DNA of 64,000 bases, from the NCBI GenBank assembly GCA_963737905.1, contig CAVTUQ010000005.1:32001-96000 (forward strand), read 5' to 3'. A program made the position numbers and the translations under genes. The notes under the pieces are model-generated. The model saw nothing but the letters and a program-made list of their open reading frames with translations. It searched no databases and was not told where the DNA came from. Position 1 is the stretch's first letter. Each line of letters opens with the position of its first letter. This stretch comes from an uncultured delta proteobacterium (GTDB taxonomy: Bacteria > Desulfobacterota > Binatia > UBA9968). Shown one piece after another: positions 53,379 through 64,000 of this stretch.

Positions 53379-54404
53379 CTAAGCTTTTTCTAGAACATCT
53401 TTTAGGTTCGACTGATTGTCGTCGCGCTCGTAGGCGGCAATAATCTCCTGGACCAAATGGTGACGGGCAACGTCCTTCTCGGTGAAGGTAACGAATCGAA
53501 TCCCGTGCACGCCTCTAAGAATCCGCGAGGCTTCCTTCAGGCCTGAAGGTTTGCCGGCTGGAAGATCGATCTGAGTTGCATCACCGGTGATGACGGCCTT
53601 TGAGCCGTAGCCCAAGCGCGTAAGAAACATCTTCATCTGCTCCGGCGTCGTATTCTGGGCCTCATCTAGGATAACGAAGGAGTCATTCAAGGTTCGACCG
53701 CGCATGAACGCGAGGGGCGCGACTTCGATGGTCCCCCGCTCCACCAGCTTCCGGGCCCGGTCGAAATCCACCATATCATGCAGGGCATCGTACAGAGGAC
53801 GAAGATAAGGATTGACCTTCTCGGCGAGATCCCCCGGTAAAAAGCCGAGTTTCTCTCCGGCTTCCACTGCGGGACGGGTCAGTATGATGCGGACATAACT
53901 ATTCTTCATCAGCTCCGCTACCGCCATGGCCATAGCGAGATAGGTCTTGCCGGTGCCGGCCGGACCGATGCCGAACACGATGTCATAGCGGCGGATGGCA
54001 TCGATGTATGCCTTCTGGGCGATGCTCTTCGGCGTGATCGTGCGCTTGTGCGCCGAAATGTAGATCGTGTCGAGGAAAATGTCTTGAAGTTTGGCGCGAC
54101 CGTCGCCGCTTAGTATGCGGATAGCATAGTCGACATCGCTGGCATAAACCGGATAGCCTTTTTCCAGGAGACCGTAGAGTTGGCGGATAATTTGGTTGGC
54201 GAGCTCCACTTCAAGCGGATCACCTTCGATTTCAATATCGGAACCGCGGACACGGATCCTGACCCCGAGCGCATGCTGCAGGATCTTGATGTGCTGATCG
54301 TGTTGCCCCAAAAGATCACGGAGAAGGCGCGGGTCGTTGAATTCCAGATGGCTGGTCTCGATGTCTGTTGTGACGCTGACCACTTGTTCTTGCTCGTCTT
54401 TCAC
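53379..54404 (-). CDS. phoH: PhoH family ATPase (YbeZ-like)
   Basis: GPAGTGKTYLA, RPAVEAGEKLGFLPG, MRGRTL, and DEAQN. Confidence 0.93.
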   Translation of the reverse strand: MKDEQEQVVSVTTDIETSHLEFNDPRLLRDLLGQHDQHIKILQHALGVRIRVRGSDIEIEGDPLEVELANQIIRQLYGLLEKGYPVYASDVDYAIRILSGDGRAKLQDIFLDTIYISAHKRTITPKSIAQKAYIDAIRRYDIVFGIGPAGTGKTYLAMAMAVAELMKNSYVRIILTRPAVEAGEKLGFLPGDLAEKVNPYLRPLYDALHDMVDFDRARKLVERGTIEVAPLAFMRGRTLNDSFVILDEAQNTTPEQMKMFLTRLGYGSKAVITGDATQIDLPAGKPSGLKEASRILRGVHGIRFVTFTEKDVARHHLVQEIIAAYERDDNQSNLKDVLEKA

Positions 54405-54832
54405 GGAGTCTCTCCTCCTATCAGTTGAACGATGATTTCCCTTGTACGAGGACGATTGTCAAAATCCAGTAAAACAATTTGCTGCCACGTGCCAAGCAGG
54501 GGGCGGCCTTTCTCAATGGGAATGGCCAACGACGGACCGAAAAGAGAAGCGCGCAGGTGAGAAAAACCATTGTCGTCGCCCCAGCGATCATCGTGGTGGT
54601 ATCTTCGGTCCGACGGAATGAGCCGCTCGATGAATTCTTTAAGATCGCGGACTAAACCGGGCTCATACTCCACGGTGGTCAATGCGGCCGTAGAGCCCGA
54701 GACGAAGAGAGTTACTAGGCCGCGCTCAATCTTTGCCTGTTCGATCTGTTCCCGGACTTTGGCGGTGATGTCGATGATGTCGCAGAAACCGGAAGTTCTC
54801 TCTGAAAGTTTCTTGGTGTGAATCTTGATCAC
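54401..54832 (-). CDS. yjbQ: YjbQ family (UPF0047) protein
   Basis: STAALTT.EYEP, NGFSHLRASL, and LGTWQQI..DFD. Probable GTG start at 54832. Confidence 0.88.
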   Translation of the reverse strand: MIKIHTKKLSERTSGFCDIIDITAKVREQIEQAKIERGLVTLFVSGSTAALTTVEYEPGLVRDLKEFIERLIPSDRRYHHDDRWGDDNGFSHLRASLFGPSLAIPIEKGRPLLGTWQQIVLLDFDNRPRTREIIVQLIGGETP

Positions 54833-54926
54833 GCGATTAGTCGGGCGCTGCGAGTGAAGTTGGCAATGAAAGGCCAGCAAGAGCGTGAGAGGTGATGAAA
54901 CTGGCGGTTGTGTCCCATCGCTGCAA

Positions 54927-58158
<3,232 letters not shown>

Positions 58159-58172
58159 CGAAACCTTTGCTG

Positions 58173-59219
58173 TTACTTGCCTTTGTTCTTTTCCTTTTTC
58201 TCGGCGGCCGGCGCCTCGAGTTCAGGCCGCTTCAACCCGACTTTTTCCATCACCTTGACCATAATTTGTTCGGCCGTTTCCGAATGCTCTTTGAGAAATT
58301 GTTTCGCCGCTTCACGGCCTTGGCCGATTCTCTCACCGCCGAATGAATACCAGGCACCGCTCTTCTCGACGATACCCATTTCGCTTCCGAGATCGACGAT
58401 TTCGCCGTCACGGGATATTCCGGTTCCATACAGGATATCGAATTCCGCTTCTTTGAACGGTGGGGCCATCTTGTTCTTGACGACTTTGACCCGCGTGCGA
58501 CCGCCGACAATATTATCACCGTCTTTGAGCGCGCCGATGCGGCGGATGTCCATGCGGACTGAGGCGTAAAATTTGAGCGCGTTTCCTCCTGTCGTAGTCT
58601 CCGGATTGCCGAACATAACGCCGATCTTCATCCGGATCTGGTTGATAAAGATGACGACGGTTTGGGAACGGGAAATGGTTCCAGTCAGTTTACGCAAGGC
58701 TTGTGACATGAGACGGGCCTGGAGCCCCATATGAGCATCGCCCATCTCACCTTCGATTTCCGCCTTCGGCACCAGCGCGGCGACCGAGTCGACGACTAAT
58801 ACATCAATGGCGCCGCTACGGACCAGGGTTTCCCCGATTTCCAGTGCCTGTTCGCCATGGTCCGGCTGAGAGACCAAAAGATCGTCGGTTTTAACACCGA
58901 GTTTCTTCGCGTATCCCAAGTCCAACGCATGTTCTGCATCGATATAAGCTCCCATGCCGCCCTGCTTCTGCGCTTCAGCTACGATTTGCAGCGCCAAGGT
59001 CGTCTTACCGGAGGCCTCGGGCCCATAGATCTCAATGACGCGGCCGCGCGGCACACCGCCGATGCCCAAGGCAATATCGAGTCCGAGAGAACCGGTCGAG
59101 ACTACGGGGACGTCTTTCACTACGCCCCCCTCGCCGAGCTTCATGATCGCCCCCTTGCCAAATTGCCTTTCGATCTGGCTTACGGCGAGATCAAGTGCTT
59201 TCTCCCGATTTACGTCCAT
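58173..59219 (-). CDS. recA: Recombinase RecA
   Basis: [26 protein letters not shown], and GGNALKFY. Confidence 0.98.
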   Translation of the reverse strand: MDVNREKALDLAVSQIERQFGKGAIMKLGEGGVVKDVPVVSTGSLGLDIALGIGGVPRGRVIEIYGPEASGKTTLALQIVAEAQKQGGMGAYIDAEHALDLGYAKKLGVKTDDLLVSQPDHGEQALEIGETLVRSGAIDVLVVDSVAALVPKAEIEGEMGDAHMGLQARLMSQALRKLTGTISRSQTVVIFINQIRMKIGVMFGNPETTTGGNALKFYASVRMDIRRIGALKDGDNIVGGRTRVKVVKNKMAPPFKEAEFDILYGTGISRDGEIVDLGSEMGIVEKSGAWYSFGGERIGQGREAAKQFLKEHSETAEQIMVKVMEKVGLKRPELEAPAAEKKEKNKGK

Positions 59220-59259
59220 CTTCCTTCTCCTTCAAAAATCCCGTTGTGCGCCTGGTTTA

Positions 59260-59820
59260 CTACGCCAAAGCCACGACTTTCAATGGGTGGTATGTAGCGC
59301 CGTCTCGTCTGAGCTCGCTTTGGAAAAAGATCACTTCTGCCACCATCGATTCGCCGAATTCGTGACCCTTCCATCTTTCAAGTTCTTCCCCGAATTTTCT
59401 TCTTGAGGAACGATCAAATTGCCGCCAACGCCCCACCGTTAAGTGCGGTTTGAATTCTCTGTTTTCAGGCGCAAAGTCCAAGGACACCAAGACCGTTTCG
59501 ACTTTTGAGGCCAAAGCTGTCAACCCCTTGCCTTCCAGTCCGACCCACAATATTCGCGGCCGTTTTAGGTCCGGGAATACTCCTAAACCTTTAGCATTTA
59601 TGGTGAAGCGCGGAAAGGGGTGAAGCGCACGCTCGAGCGCCTGCGCAATGGGTTCGATTCTGTTTTCCTCAATGTTGCCCAGGAACTTGAGTGTGAAATG
59701 GAAGTTTGTCGGTGCGACCCAGCGAATACCCGGAATACCGGGTTTGAGATCGGCGAGGACCGCAGAGATTTGTCGGACGGTTTGCGGGTCGATATCAACG
59801 GCGATAAAGGCGCGAATCAC
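59260..59820 (-). CDS. thpR: RNA 2',3'-cyclic phosphodiesterase (2H family)
   Basis: RAFIA, plus the two HxT motifs HFTLKFLG and PHLT. Confidence 0.9.
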   Translation of the reverse strand: MIRAFIAVDIDPQTVRQISAVLADLKPGIPGIRWVAPTNFHFTLKFLGNIEENRIEPIAQALERALHPFPRFTINAKGLGVFPDLKRPRILWVGLEGKGLTALASKVETVLVSLDFAPENREFKPHLTVGRWRQFDRSSRRKFGEELERWKGHEFGESMVAEVIFFQSELRRDGATYHPLKVVALA

Positions 59821-59823
59821 AGA

Positions 59824-61098
59824 CTACGGCTCAGTGATTTCTTCCAGGAGTGTAGTGCGTAACCAGTGGAGGGCGGCTTGCGACGTGCCGATGATAATTC
59901 GCTCACGGTCGCCGTGAAACGTGAAGAGTCTAGCTTCATGGTTACCCTTGTGGGCGATGCTTGTCCAGACGGTGCCCACGGGCTTTTCCGGACTGCCTCC
60001 CGATGGACCGGCGATTCCCGTAACGCTGAGGCCGATACTGGCACCGGTTCGTTCTCTAATCCCCCGGGCCATTTCCAGGGCAGTCTCACGGCTGACAGCT
60101 CCATAGGTTTCTAGTGTTGCCGGCTTGACGCCGAGAAAACTCATTTTTGCATCGTTGGAATAGGTTACGGCGCCGCCGTAATAATAAACTGAGCTGCCGG
60201 CAACTCGTGTGATGCGGTGGCTAATGTAACCGCCGGTACAGGACTCAGCGAGGGCGAGGGTTTGCAGCCTTGCCGAAAGGAGTTGTCCGACGACTTCCTC
60301 TAAAGTCATGTCGCCTTCACAATAAATAAATGAGCCGAGAGCCCCGCGAATTTCATCCTTGAGGCGGGTCAAAATCTCATCGATCTCCTGTCCTCCCTTC
60401 ACCGTCAGACGCAGCGATAGGTCTGGATAATGGGCGCGAAATGAAAGTCTGGCCGCTGATCCGAGCTTTATGGGCTTCACCAGATCGTCCAGCTTTGACT
60501 CAGTTAGGCCATAGATCTTGAAAGTACAGGCGATAATCTGCTCCGCATCGGCTCTTTGTTGCACGATCCAGGGAATAACGGTCTCGCTCAACATTGCCGT
60601 CATCTCTTGCGGCACGCCGGATAGCCAAATGAGGGCTTTACCGGGCCCAATGGAAACGCGGAACCCCGGGGCCGTACCAATGGGATTAGGAACGATCACC
60701 GCCCCTTCCGGGAACAGAGCTTGTTTCAGGTTGTTCGGTGTCCAGGAGATGCCGCGGGCCTCGAAGCGCCGTTTCAGCGAGCCAGCGATACGCTCGTTTT
60801 GTGCCAGCTTACACCCAAGGAATTCGGCCACGACTTCCGTGGTCAGATCGTCCGCCGTTGGCCCAAGTCCCCCGGTGCCGATGATCACATCCCCAAGCTC
60901 GCGTCCTTGGCGCAGGGCCCAATTGAGTTTTTCTCGGTTGTCAGAGACCGTGAGAACAGCAGCCACTTCAACCCCGATCGCAAAAAGTCGATCGGCAATA
61001 GCGGAGGAGTTGGTATCGACAACTTTGCCGGTGGTGAGTTCATCGCCGGTGCTCAGAATGACTGCCCGTTCAATCATAGGCTTCCGTGTCTTTGCCAT
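59824..61098 (-). CDS. cinA: Competence/damage-inducible protein A (MoCF-like domain plus PncC)
   Basis: TGDEL, GGLGPTADDLT, GTAPG, AESCTGG, and TGIAGPSGG. Start chosen after the GGAAGGGGG RBS. Confidence 0.92.
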   Translation of the reverse strand: MAKTRKPMIERAVILSTGDELTTGKVVDTNSSAIADRLFAIGVEVAAVLTVSDNREKLNWALRQGRELGDVIIGTGGLGPTADDLTTEVVAEFLGCKLAQNERIAGSLKRRFEARGISWTPNNLKQALFPEGAVIVPNPIGTAPGFRVSIGPGKALIWLSGVPQEMTAMLSETVIPWIVQQRADAEQIIACTFKIYGLTESKLDDLVKPIKLGSAARLSFRAHYPDLSLRLTVKGGQEIDEILTRLKDEIRGALGSFIYCEGDMTLEEVVGQLLSARLQTLALAESCTGGYISHRITRVAGSSVYYYGGAVTYSNDAKMSFLGVKPATLETYGAVSRETALEMARGIRERTGASIGLSVTGIAGPSGGSPEKPVGTVWTSIAHKGNHEARLFTFHGDRERIIIGTSQAALHWLRTTLLEEITEP

Positions 61099-61220
61099 TG
61101 GAACACCCCCTTCCGATATCAAAAAAAAGAAACAATACAAGTGGAAGGGCAAGAAGTACGCTCGCCTAACTGGCCAGACACTGGCTCATTGCCCGCAGGC
61201 AGCCTGGCAATAAAATGCGT

Positions 61221-62648
61221 CTAGGAATGAGGCACAGAGGTAAGTTCGACGAGAAAAATATGCTTTTGGTTATCGAATACCGTCTGGAGAGTAGGTTCGA
61301 TCAGATCCTCGGCGGGGAAATCAACGCTCAAGGGATCGATGTACTGCTGATCCTTGTAGAGCTCGAAATGTAGATGCGGGCCGGTTGCTCTACCGGTCGA
61401 ACCGACATAACCGATGATCTGTCCCTTCGTGATAGAGGTGCCGTTTCGGACGCCTTCGGCAAACCTATCGAGATGGGCATAACGGGTGGTGTATGTGGAA
61501 TCGTGTTGGATTTCGACTGTTTTTCCGTAAAAGCCATTCCAGTCAGCGAGCGTAATTATGCCGTCACCGATCGAGCGGACCGGAGTACCCCTTTTCGCGG
61601 CGAAGTCCACCCCCGTATGGGGTATATTCACTTTCAGGATGGGATGAAAGCGGGAGTGGGCAAAGTGAGAAGTGATGTTGGTAAACTCCAGCGGGAACCG
61701 GAGGAACGAGCGAGCTAGGCTTCTGCCCTCTAAATCATAGTAGTTTCCTTGTCCTTTTTGTTTCTCAAAGTAGATGGCGGTCAATTTCTGGCCGGCGCTC
61801 ACCAGCTCGGCCGCAAGAATATGGAGGGAGGCCTTGGTTTCCTGCCCTTTTCGGCTTCTCTGCTCATACAAGATCTTGATGCTGTCCCCTTTGCGAACTT
61901 CTTTTTCCAGATCGATGTCCCAAGTAAAAATGTCAGCCAGTTGGGAGAGTAAAGTTGGGTTGATGCCTGCCTTTTGCCCGTCCGCAAAAAGTGAGTTTTC
62001 CACAGATGTGCTGACAGTTTTGATCTCGACATCATAAGGTTTTTCGCGCTTCTGAAAGAGAATCCCTCTGATCCCTTTTTCCCAGGTGAGCGTGGAGGTA
62101 TCGGAAACGTCGACTTCCAGTGCTTTCAGCTGCGGCCTTTGACCCCGAATGCCAGGGGTTAACTTGCTAAAATAGAAATGGACTTCTTTGCCCCCCGGTA
62201 ACAGCCCCCGAGGTCCAATGTTGCGCTGAATCGACCGTGTCCAAAGCTGTCGCTCGGTATACGACAAGCCAAAACGGCTCAAAAGCTCTTGGAGGGTATC
62301 ACCCGCTTTTGTCTGCTGAATGACATGTTCCCGCCTTTCCATGGTGTCCGCGGGGATGTCGCTTTGGGTCTTAGTGAGTCTTCGGATCGGTGGTGCTGGA
62401 GCAGTTGTCTTAGTTTTACTTTTGGGGTCTTCTTTGCGGAGAGTCTTTTCCCTAGCCCCTTGGGCAACCGTGGGTTTCATTGCGAAAACAAAGCTGATAA
62501 CCCACAGCCAGATTAAGGTTCTAAAAACAGAGGGGAACGCTGAAGAGTGCCACTGGCCGGAAAACGTTCGCCCGGTGCCTGTATGTTTGATTTCCAGGCC
62601 CATAGCAAGAAGTCCCCACTGAATAAACCGTTTTGCTGATCGTGTCAA
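61221..62648 (-). CDS. M23 family peptidoglycan metallopeptidase (MepM/OapA-like)
   Basis: HTGVDF, YAHL, and GSTGRATGPHLHFE. Start uncertain. Confidence 0.9.
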   Translation of the reverse strand: MTRSAKRFIQWGLLAMGLEIKHTGTGRTFSGQWHSSAFPSVFRTLIWLWVISFVFAMKPTVAQGAREKTLRKEDPKSKTKTTAPAPPIRRLTKTQSDIPADTMERREHVIQQTKAGDTLQELLSRFGLSYTERQLWTRSIQRNIGPRGLLPGGKEVHFYFSKLTPGIRGQRPQLKALEVDVSDTSTLTWEKGIRGILFQKREKPYDVEIKTVSTSVENSLFADGQKAGINPTLLSQLADIFTWDIDLEKEVRKGDSIKILYEQRSRKGQETKASLHILAAELVSAGQKLTAIYFEKQKGQGNYYDLEGRSLARSFLRFPLEFTNITSHFAHSRFHPILKVNIPHTGVDFAAKRGTPVRSIGDGIITLADWNGFYGKTVEIQHDSTYTTRYAHLDRFAEGVRNGTSITKGQIIGYVGSTGRATGPHLHFELYKDQQYIDPLSVDFPAEDLIEPTLQTVFDNQKHIFLVELTSVPHS

Positions 62649-62722
62649 ACAAAAAATTCTTTAGGTAAGCGTTCGATTTCGAGCACTTGGGAGATGATCG
62701 ATGTCCAGGCGGCGGAGGTAAC

Positions 62723-64000
62723 CTAAGTCCCGGGGAAAAGCAGCTTCCTAGCAGCAATCTCAAGAAGGAAGAGAGCTGCTGCCCACATAATTAAGGCCTG
62801 ACGCAAGGGTCGATAGATGTTCGTAAGGTCTTGTTTTTGCAGCGACTCTAGAGACTCTGGATTAATTTCGCCGCCGCTGGTTTGAGCCAGTGTATTCAAC
62901 AACGAAAGGTTAAAATCGGGTCGTGGAAGTTCACTGCCGAGCTCATATGCCAAGCTGTAGCCAACGGGTGGATAGGTTACTCGCCGGCCCCGTCGCTCTT
63001 CTGTGAGTTCAACGTGATAATCCCCCGGAGCGGATAAAGGCAGCGCAACCTGGTAATGGCCGGCCGCCAATTTTCGTAGTGTTCCTTCCGCCTTGCCGCC
63101 TTTTCCATTGACAGAGAACCGGAATTGGCTATCCACACCGATATCCTCGTAGAGAAACAAATCCAGAAAAGGTCGGTTTGCAGAAATGCCAACCCGCGTC
63201 TCGTGAACAGGTATCGGATCACGCTCATCGCTGGGGCGCAGCCAACCGAGGACCTTATCCCAAAACGTCTGTAAAGCGCTCCACTGGATCCAGTTTTTGG
63301 TCCAACGACCCTCCAGGTCGGTCGTGAAAGCGGCGGCTCTTCCCTTCTCATATCGCCAGGAGGCCAGTATGGGGATTTTTCGGTCGTCTCTGGGGAGCAT
63401 GAGGTCTAGGTGAGCCCCTCGCTTTAGCTCGGTGTCCATGTAACCGAACAGCCTTGGATAGGATCTCGCAGAAAAGCTTGCAAGTACCTCCGAACCTCTT
63501 TCTTGAACCGGGGTCAACTCCCTTTCGCCCTTCGGTTCCTCTGGAGGATTTTCTTGGAGCTGCTGCAGGACGATTTGTGGCAGGGAACTAGGATTAATCG
63601 TCTGATGGAATAAGCCGCCGCCATATTGACTAATCCGTTTCATGATTCGAATATCGGCTTCTGCGCCGATGGCGATAGCCGAAACAGTGACCTTCATCTC
63701 GTTCTTCATCACGCTTACGAGATCCACCAGCTCTCCCTGCGTCCCTCGGGTTTCTCCATCGCTCAACAAAATGACATGCTTTCGCGCCGCGTTGGCTCGT
63801 TCGATCTGTCGTTTGGCTTCTATGAGGGCTGGATAAAAATAGGTTTGTCCTCCCGGTTTCAGACGGTTAATCTGAGCATCGATAATCCCCCGAAGCTTGC
63901 CTACGGCTTCCAGCGGTACAACTACGAACGGGGTAACATCGAAGCCTATTATCCCAAGAAGATCATTATCCTTGAGCTGGCGGGCCACGGCCTTAGCAGC
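62723..64000 (-). CDS. VWA domain membrane protein, partial (5' end outside window)
   Basis: GGQT..YPAL, HVILLSDGE, PILASWRYEKGR, and C-terminal TM LFLLEIAARK. Confidence 0.8.
   Translation of the reverse strand, partial: AAKAVARQLKDNDLLGIIGFDVTPFVVVPLEAVGKLRGIIDAQINRLKPGGQTYFYPALIEAKRQIERANAARKHVILLSDGETRGTQGELVDLVSVMKNEMKVTVSAIAIGAEADIRIMKRISQYGGGLFHQTINPSSLPQIVLQQLQENPPEEPKGERELTPVQERGSEVLASFSARSYPRLFGYMDTELKRGAHLDLMLPRDDRKIPILASWRYEKGRAAAFTTDLEGRWTKNWIQWSALQTFWDKVLGWLRPSDERDPIPVHETRVGISANRPFLDLFLYEDIGVDSQFRFSVNGKGGKAEGTLRKLAAGHYQVALPLSAPGDYHVELTEERRGRRVTYPPVGYSLAYELGSELPRPDFNLSLLNTLAQTSGGEINPESLESLQKQDLTNIYRPLRQALIMWAAALFLLEIAARKLLFPGT

Overview
64 kb of bacterial chromosome with moderately high GC. 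Gene content resembles Deltaproteobacteria-like soil lineages such as Ca. Binatia (orphan NMT1/SsuA-type binding proteins, several amidohydrolase-2 paralogs, F420 genes); this is an inference only. Housekeeping blocks: hisC, recD2, radA, bioFAD, an 11-gene complex I-like operon nuoABCDHIJKLMN with no nuoEFG, groES-groEL, and cinA-thpR-recA-recX-alaS-yjbQ-phoH. Accessory parts: a coenzyme F420 operon cofG-cofD-cofC-cofE-npdG with no cofH; an ECF sigma/anti-sigma/DUF3106-like trio; a 3.7-kb katG-oxyR islet bounded by tRNA-Leu(CAA) and a degenerate copy of its 3' end; and a collapsed defence-type island between radA and bioF (helicase::methyltransferase chimera, YhcG, second MTase 3' end, toxin-antitoxin pair, DprA-like gene). 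Several families of short repeats sit at gene junctions or inside genes: period-7 arrays that fold into hairpins, REP-like palindromes and a MITE-like element. Many conserved genes carry 1-nt indels (cofE, radA, bioF, bioA, nuoD, alaS, recX). These are probably sequencing or assembly errors, so every fusion and pseudogene call needs read-level checking.
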